DNA of 64,000 nt from a virus. Location of the stretch: the IMG/VR virus record IMGVR_UViG_3300031746_004145, positions 4,009 to 68,008 of that record; one strand, 5' to 3'. Made by a program: the position numbers and the translations under genes. The notes beneath the pieces are model-generated. The model made no database searches, had not been told where the DNA came from, and was given only the letters and a program-made list of their open reading frames with translations. Shown here piece after piece: positions 60,356-64,000 of this stretch. Every line of letters starts with the position of its first letter. Positions within the stretch are counted from its first letter, which is position 1.

Positions 60356-60450
60356 TGCTCGCGCGGGTGGTCAAGGGCGTGCTGCTCTATGCCTCGGTGG
60401 TAGTGCTGCTGATCTGGCTGTTGTACAAGACCAAGCATCACAATTCCTGA
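60355..60450 (+). CDS. 31-aa single-TM peptide
   Basis: TGATG overlap; MLARVVKGVLLYASVVVLLIWLLYKTKHHNS. Confidence 0.5.
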   Translation: MLARVVKGVLLYASVVVLLIWLLYKTKHHNS

Positions 60451-60462
60451 AAGGAGTTACAC

Positions 60463-62103
60463 ATGAAGAAGCTTCTGTTGTGCCTGCTACTCGCACTTCC
60501 CCTGGCGGCGCAGGGTCAGATGAGCGTCTCTCTCACTTTCCCTCCGGGACCGTACGCGTATTTTCCCAACACAGCGCAGTACCCTTTCTGTCCTGCTACC
60601 GGGACGTGCTCGGGCACCATCACCGCGCCCGCGGTGGTCGTCGGGGGTGCCGTGGGTGGTATCGTCAGCACGGTCTGGGCTTACCAGTCAGGGGCCACGT
60701 TCGTTCCGAACATCCCGACAGCGCCCACCTCGTTCTCCTTCTCCATGGAGTCCGGGGTGTCGTGGATGGTGGGGACTTGGAAGGTCACGGTGACATCCGG
60801 AACGAGCCAGGTGGCGTCTGCCACGTTCGACCTGCGCGCCACTCGGATCCTGAACGTCAATGCGTCCACAGCACCGGTCTACGCGACGTGCACGGGGGTC
60901 CCGTGCATTGGCTCGATCACCACTCCGACGGTGACGATCAGCGGAGGTTCTGGTAGTTACCTCTATGGCTGGCCCTGTGGGGACAACTGGGCTTTCCTCG
61001 CAGCGATCCAGTACCCGAACGTCGTGACCGCGCAGGTGCAGGTTCCATATGGCGTAACATGGACAGCCTGCGCCGAAACCCTCAAGGGTATCGACACGGT
61101 CTCGGGGGCTATCGGCTACCAAGGAGGGGTTCCAAGCTCAGCTAACTCCACGACGTTCTCCGTCACCAACCCAGCGACGGTGACGGTGACGGCTTCGAGC
61201 TACTCCGTCGCCGGGTCGTGCACCAACGTGCAGTACTGCACGGTGAATCTTTCCAAGCCTACCGCAGCGGCCACGGGAGGCGCCGGAACGTACACCTACA
61301 CGTGGGAGTACGTCAGCGGGAACACTGGGTTCGTCAACAACATGTCCCTGAACAAGTTCACCTTTGGGTTCGTCAACTACACAACTCCGGTCTCTGCGGT
61401 GTGGCGAGTCAAGGCCGTCGATTCTAACGGCATCACTGGGTACTCTCCCGGAGTCACGCTCACCGCAGCGTGGATCGTGCCTCCCGCCCTGGTGGTGGCG
61501 CTGGGGTACACGGCCGTCACGACCCCGTGCCCTACCTCGGCTCCCTGCACTGCGACTACTCTCGCACCGAGCGTGGGCATCAACAATGGCTCTGGGGCGT
61601 ATGCCTACTCGGCATGGGCATACGTCGCTGGTACGGCTTGCACCATCACCGGAACCCCTCCCGCGGCTCAGTTCGCTTGTGCAGTTCCCTCTGGCTCAAC
61701 GAGCATCTCGTCCACCTATCGCATTCAGGCGACGGACACGGCGACAGGGGCTACCGGCTGGTCTCCCAACTTCGTGATTACCTCCACGCCAGCGGTGTTG
61801 GCGGCGTCTACGGATGGAGACGCTTTCGGGTACTGCATGGCTGCCAAGACGTGCACCGCCACCTCGAACTACGTGACGTGCAGTGCCTTCGGTGGCACTC
61901 CGCCATATACCTACGCCTGGTCCAGGGTCTCTGGAACTGCGTACGCCGTTTCTGGCACCCTGACCAACGTGAGACGTTGGGCCTTGACCCACGCCGTTCC
62001 CTATGTGACGAGCGCTGTCTATCGGTGCACTGTGACCGATAGCAAAGCCGCCACGGCATCCTCTATGGTCAGTGTGAGTTCGGAACACGACTCGAACCTC
62101 TAG
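60463..62103 (+). CDS. Secreted Cys-rich protein with four or five tandem Ig-like repeats similar to the adhesin C-terminal domain
   Basis: Signal peptide MKKLLLCLLLALPLAAQG; repeats C-x4/5-C..GG.G.Y.Y.W..Y/W-R....D. Confidence 0.75.
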   Translation: MKKLLLCLLLALPLAAQGQMSVSLTFPPGPYAYFPNTAQYPFCPATGTCSGTITAPAVVVGGAVGGIVSTVWAYQSGATFVPNIPTAPTSFSFSMESGVSWMVGTWKVTVTSGTSQVASATFDLRATRILNVNASTAPVYATCTGVPCIGSITTPTVTISGGSGSYLYGWPCGDNWAFLAAIQYPNVVTAQVQVPYGVTWTACAETLKGIDTVSGAIGYQGGVPSSANSTTFSVTNPATVTVTASSYSVAGSCTNVQYCTVNLSKPTAAATGGAGTYTYTWEYVSGNTGFVNNMSLNKFTFGFVNYTTPVSAVWRVKAVDSNGITGYSPGVTLTAAWIVPPALVVALGYTAVTTPCPTSAPCTATTLAPSVGINNGSGAYAYSAWAYVAGTACTITGTPPAAQFACAVPSGSTSISSTYRIQATDTATGATGWSPNFVITSTPAVLAASTDGDAFGYCMAAKTCTATSNYVTCSAFGGTPPYTYAWSRVSGTAYAVSGTLTNVRRWALTHAVPYVTSAVYRCTVTDSKAATASSMVSVSSEHDSNL

Positions 62104-62129
62104 GGGCCGCTCTCCCTCTCTAGGCTGAA

Positions 62130-62177
62130 GGCTAAGAAAGAAGTGGGACCCCAAGCACTCACCCGGGGTCCCACTTC
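62130..62177. terminator. Terminator between convergent genes
   Basis: GAAGTGGGACCCC/GGGGTCCCACTTC 13-bp stem; minus-strand tail TTTCTTAGCC. Confidence 0.75.
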
Positions 62178-62206
62178 ACGCGAACGAGTACGCTCTCGCG
62201 ACTCGT

Positions 62207-62758
62207 TTAGTTGGAAGCCACCAGCACCCTTGCCTGCTTCCGATACTTCTCGATTCGGAGACTGTAGGCGTTCCTGAGTGCGGTGTCTGCCGTATTGTAG
62301 AACCCATACCCGAGCTCACCAGGATGGCGGTCGAGCACATCACGAAGGATCTTGCCTGCCACGCGCAGGTTGTACCCGTCGTCGTTGCGTAGCCTCTTGG
62401 CGTCGAGCTCGAGCTCGTCCACCCAGAAGGAATTCACCTGTGCGAGGCCGTAGTCACAGGTACGTCGGCCCATGAGGTTCCGGCAGGCCTTGGCACCGGT
62501 CTTGAAGTGGCTCTCTTGGCGCACGATGGCAGCGAAGAGAGGCACCTCGATGTTGAACTCCTCTGCCACGGTCTGTACCAAGCGAGCAATGCGCTCGGCC
62601 TCTGCCGCGCTGAGGGTGGGGTTGGACATCTGAACAAACGAGAGAAGCTTCGGTGTTGGCGGCGGAACGGGTGGAGCCGGCAGGTGCTGAACGTCACTCA
62701 GCTTCGTTGGCGCGACACATGCCGTGAGCAGAACGACAGACAGAAGAAGACGTCTCAC
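62207..62758 (-). CDS. Lytic transglycosylase (SLT) with a lipoprotein signal
   Basis: Lipobox LTAC, Pro linker, AIVRQES, DYGLAQVN, YNL..G, FYN. Confidence 0.85.
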   Translation of the reverse strand: MRRLLLSVVLLTACVAPTKLSDVQHLPAPPVPPPTPKLLSFVQMSNPTLSAAEAERIARLVQTVAEEFNIEVPLFAAIVRQESHFKTGAKACRNLMGRRTCDYGLAQVNSFWVDELELDAKRLRNDDGYNLRVAGKILRDVLDRHPGELGYGFYNTADTALRNAYSLRIEKYRKQARVLVASN

Positions 62759-62870
62759 TCGATCCTCCTTTCTCGAGGTGAGCCTCTACACTACGGGTGG
62801 GCATGGTGGGTGAGAAGCAGCACCTGTCGTACCTTGGACAGGGGACAGGTGCTGCTCTGCGTCAATACGG

Positions 62871-63386
62871 TCAGTTCCGGACGAAAGAGAGCACCGGAGT
62901 GATCTGCAACAGGCTCGAGGAGCCCCACGTACGCCAGCTGAGGTACGACCAACCGTAGACGGGGTTGGCCCCGTCGAAGACGACCTCGCAGGTGTTGTCG
63001 TCGTGCCGGACGGAGCTGTACGCGTGGATGTTGGCGTTCTCAAGGGGCTGGTAGATGACCCCCTGATGCACGGTGAGCGATCGGAACGCGGCCCAGCCCG
63101 GAGCGTTCGGGATCAGGAGTGGGCACGTCCCGCACGCCATGTCGGTGCACCCCATCGCGGAGGGTGGGATGAACCACATGCCCTCCTCAGTGGAAACGAG
63201 GCGCACGAACGTGGAGCTGGTGATGTCGGAGGGAACATAGACCAACTCGCCCGCAGCGACCGACACGAGAGGTCCGATGGTGAGGCCGTCCGAGTTGACG
63301 ACGTTGAGGCCAGAGACGCGCGGAGCAGCCCCCGCGGTGGTGGTGATGGCGGCCAGGGTGAGCATCATCAGGATGAGCTTCTTCAT
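62871..63386 (-). CDS. Secreted hypothetical protein
   Basis: Signal peptide MKKLILMMLTLAAITTTAGA; RBS AAGGAG. Confidence 0.65.
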   Translation of the reverse strand: MKKLILMMLTLAAITTTAGAAPRVSGLNVVNSDGLTIGPLVSVAAGELVYVPSDITSSTFVRLVSTEEGMWFIPPSAMGCTDMACGTCPLLIPNAPGWAAFRSLTVHQGVIYQPLENANIHAYSSVRHDDNTCEVVFDGANPVYGWSYLSWRTWGSSSLLQITPVLSFVRN

Positions 63387-63410
63387 GACTTCTCCTTGCT
63401 GGTTGTGAAG

Positions 63411-63425
63411 TGGAGGCGCCGGGAA
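63411..63425 (-). repeat. Displaced tRNA/tmRNA-like 3' end (TTCCCGGCGCCTCCA)
   Basis: Shares CGCCTCCA with the tmRNA 3' end at 63933-63940; begins 2 nt after the HNH stop. Confidence 0.5.
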
Positions 63426-63427
63426 CC

Positions 63428-63913
63428 CTACGGCAGGTGCTTCCAGGTGCGACGATCTCGAATGGCTGGGACGGTCTTCCTGTCAACGTGGAAGGCCTTG
63501 GCGATGCTGCTCATGCTCTCGCCACTTGCGAGCCTGTTCCGGATGACGGTGACTTCCATCTCGGTCAGTTCGGCCCTACCGTTCTGAGTGCCGATGGCAG
63601 AGCGCCCCTTCGTCACCCGATCCTGCACGTTGTCGTTGTGGCTTCCCTCGAGCGTGTGCCGAGGGTTGCAGCATGCTCTCGAGTCGCAAGAGTGGCGAAG
63701 CACCACGTCATCCGAGAGCTCCCTGTTGTGGTGAAGCATGAAGGCAACACGGTGAGCTCGACGAATGGCCTTCTTCCCTGACAGGTCTCGAAACTGGAAG
63801 GACCCGTAGCCGTCTGCATCGAAGCCTGCTTGCCACGGCCAACAATCGGCCTCCGAGCCCTGGCGCACTCTCGCCCAGAACTCGGAGGCCTTCGCTACGA
63901 CCTCATTCAGCAT
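63428..63913 (-). CDS. HNH homing endonuclease (HNH_3 type) with a C-terminal HTH
   Basis: CWPW..GYG..AHRVAF..RHSCD..CCNP.H..G...DN..D. Confidence 0.92.
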   Translation of the reverse strand: MLNEVVAKASEFWARVRQGSEADCWPWQAGFDADGYGSFQFRDLSGKKAIRRAHRVAFMLHHNRELSDDVVLRHSCDSRACCNPRHTLEGSHNDNVQDRVTKGRSAIGTQNGRAELTEMEVTVIRNRLASGESMSSIAKAFHVDRKTVPAIRDRRTWKHLP

Positions 63914-63932
63914 GTGTTCCCCTATCTACGAA

Positions 63933-64000
63933 TGGAGGCGGGGAGAATCGAACTCCCGTCCGGAAGAACTTGCAGAACGACACTACGAGCGTAGCCCGTG
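63933..64000 (-). ncRNA. ssrA: tmRNA 3' end (gene continues beyond the window)
   Basis: Minus strand reads CTACGCTCGTAG...TTCCGGAC-GGGAG-TTCGATT-CTCCC-CGCCTCCA: T-arm, Ala-type acceptor 3' strand and the upstream GAC/GTAG context typical of tmRNA; CCA not encoded. Confidence 0.8.

Noticed and set aside
53192-62103. Diversity-generating retroelement or invertase shufflon at the fibre locus
   Set aside because: No reverse transcriptase, recombinase, adenine-specific TR/VR pair or inverted cassettes seen in this window.
1-64000. Stop-codon reassignment
   Set aside because: TAG, TGA and TAA all end well-defined genes with tight coupling, and coding density is high under code 11.
1-64000. CRISPR array, tRNA genes or inteins
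   Set aside because: No regularly spaced direct repeats, complete cloverleafs or intein splice motifs noticed by eye; dedicated scans were not run.

Overview
This window is a contiguous piece of a GC-rich, large (probably jumbo) contractile-tailed phage genome that uses the standard genetic code. The + strand carries morphogenesis operons: the C-terminal part of a phage multi-subunit RNA polymerase beta' subunit, a baseplate spike, a GpA-type large terminase, a Zn-finger prohead protease, scaffold-like and head-internal proteins, the major capsid protein, neck proteins, large beta-rich virion proteins, a 1115-aa tail sheath, a tail tube, and a 1949-aa repeat-built tail fibre with an S74 chaperone and tip adhesin. 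Minus-strand accessory blocks interrupt these operons (DUF5131, a frameshifted RNase HII, GIY-YIG and HNH endonucleases, an HTH protein, a cold-shock protein, a MoxR-vWA pair, a lipoprotein lytic transglycosylase). The 3' end of a tmRNA lies at the right edge. Most notable observations: (1) about a dozen head-region proteins share a K-x-A(S) signal, five with a longer FxDELxKI[AS] leader in front of cationic Gly/Ala-rich cargo, suggesting a protease-linked packaging and processing system; (2) a signal-peptide protein is built from tandem copies of the putative tail-tip adhesin domain; (3) a recurrent GGGATAAG motif and a shared terminator tail mark the minus-strand transcription units; (4) RNase HII is frameshifted inside a UUCG hairpin; (5) an HNH gene sits between the tmRNA 3' end and a displaced tRNA-like 3' end. 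All calls come from reading motifs by eye; no database searches were run.
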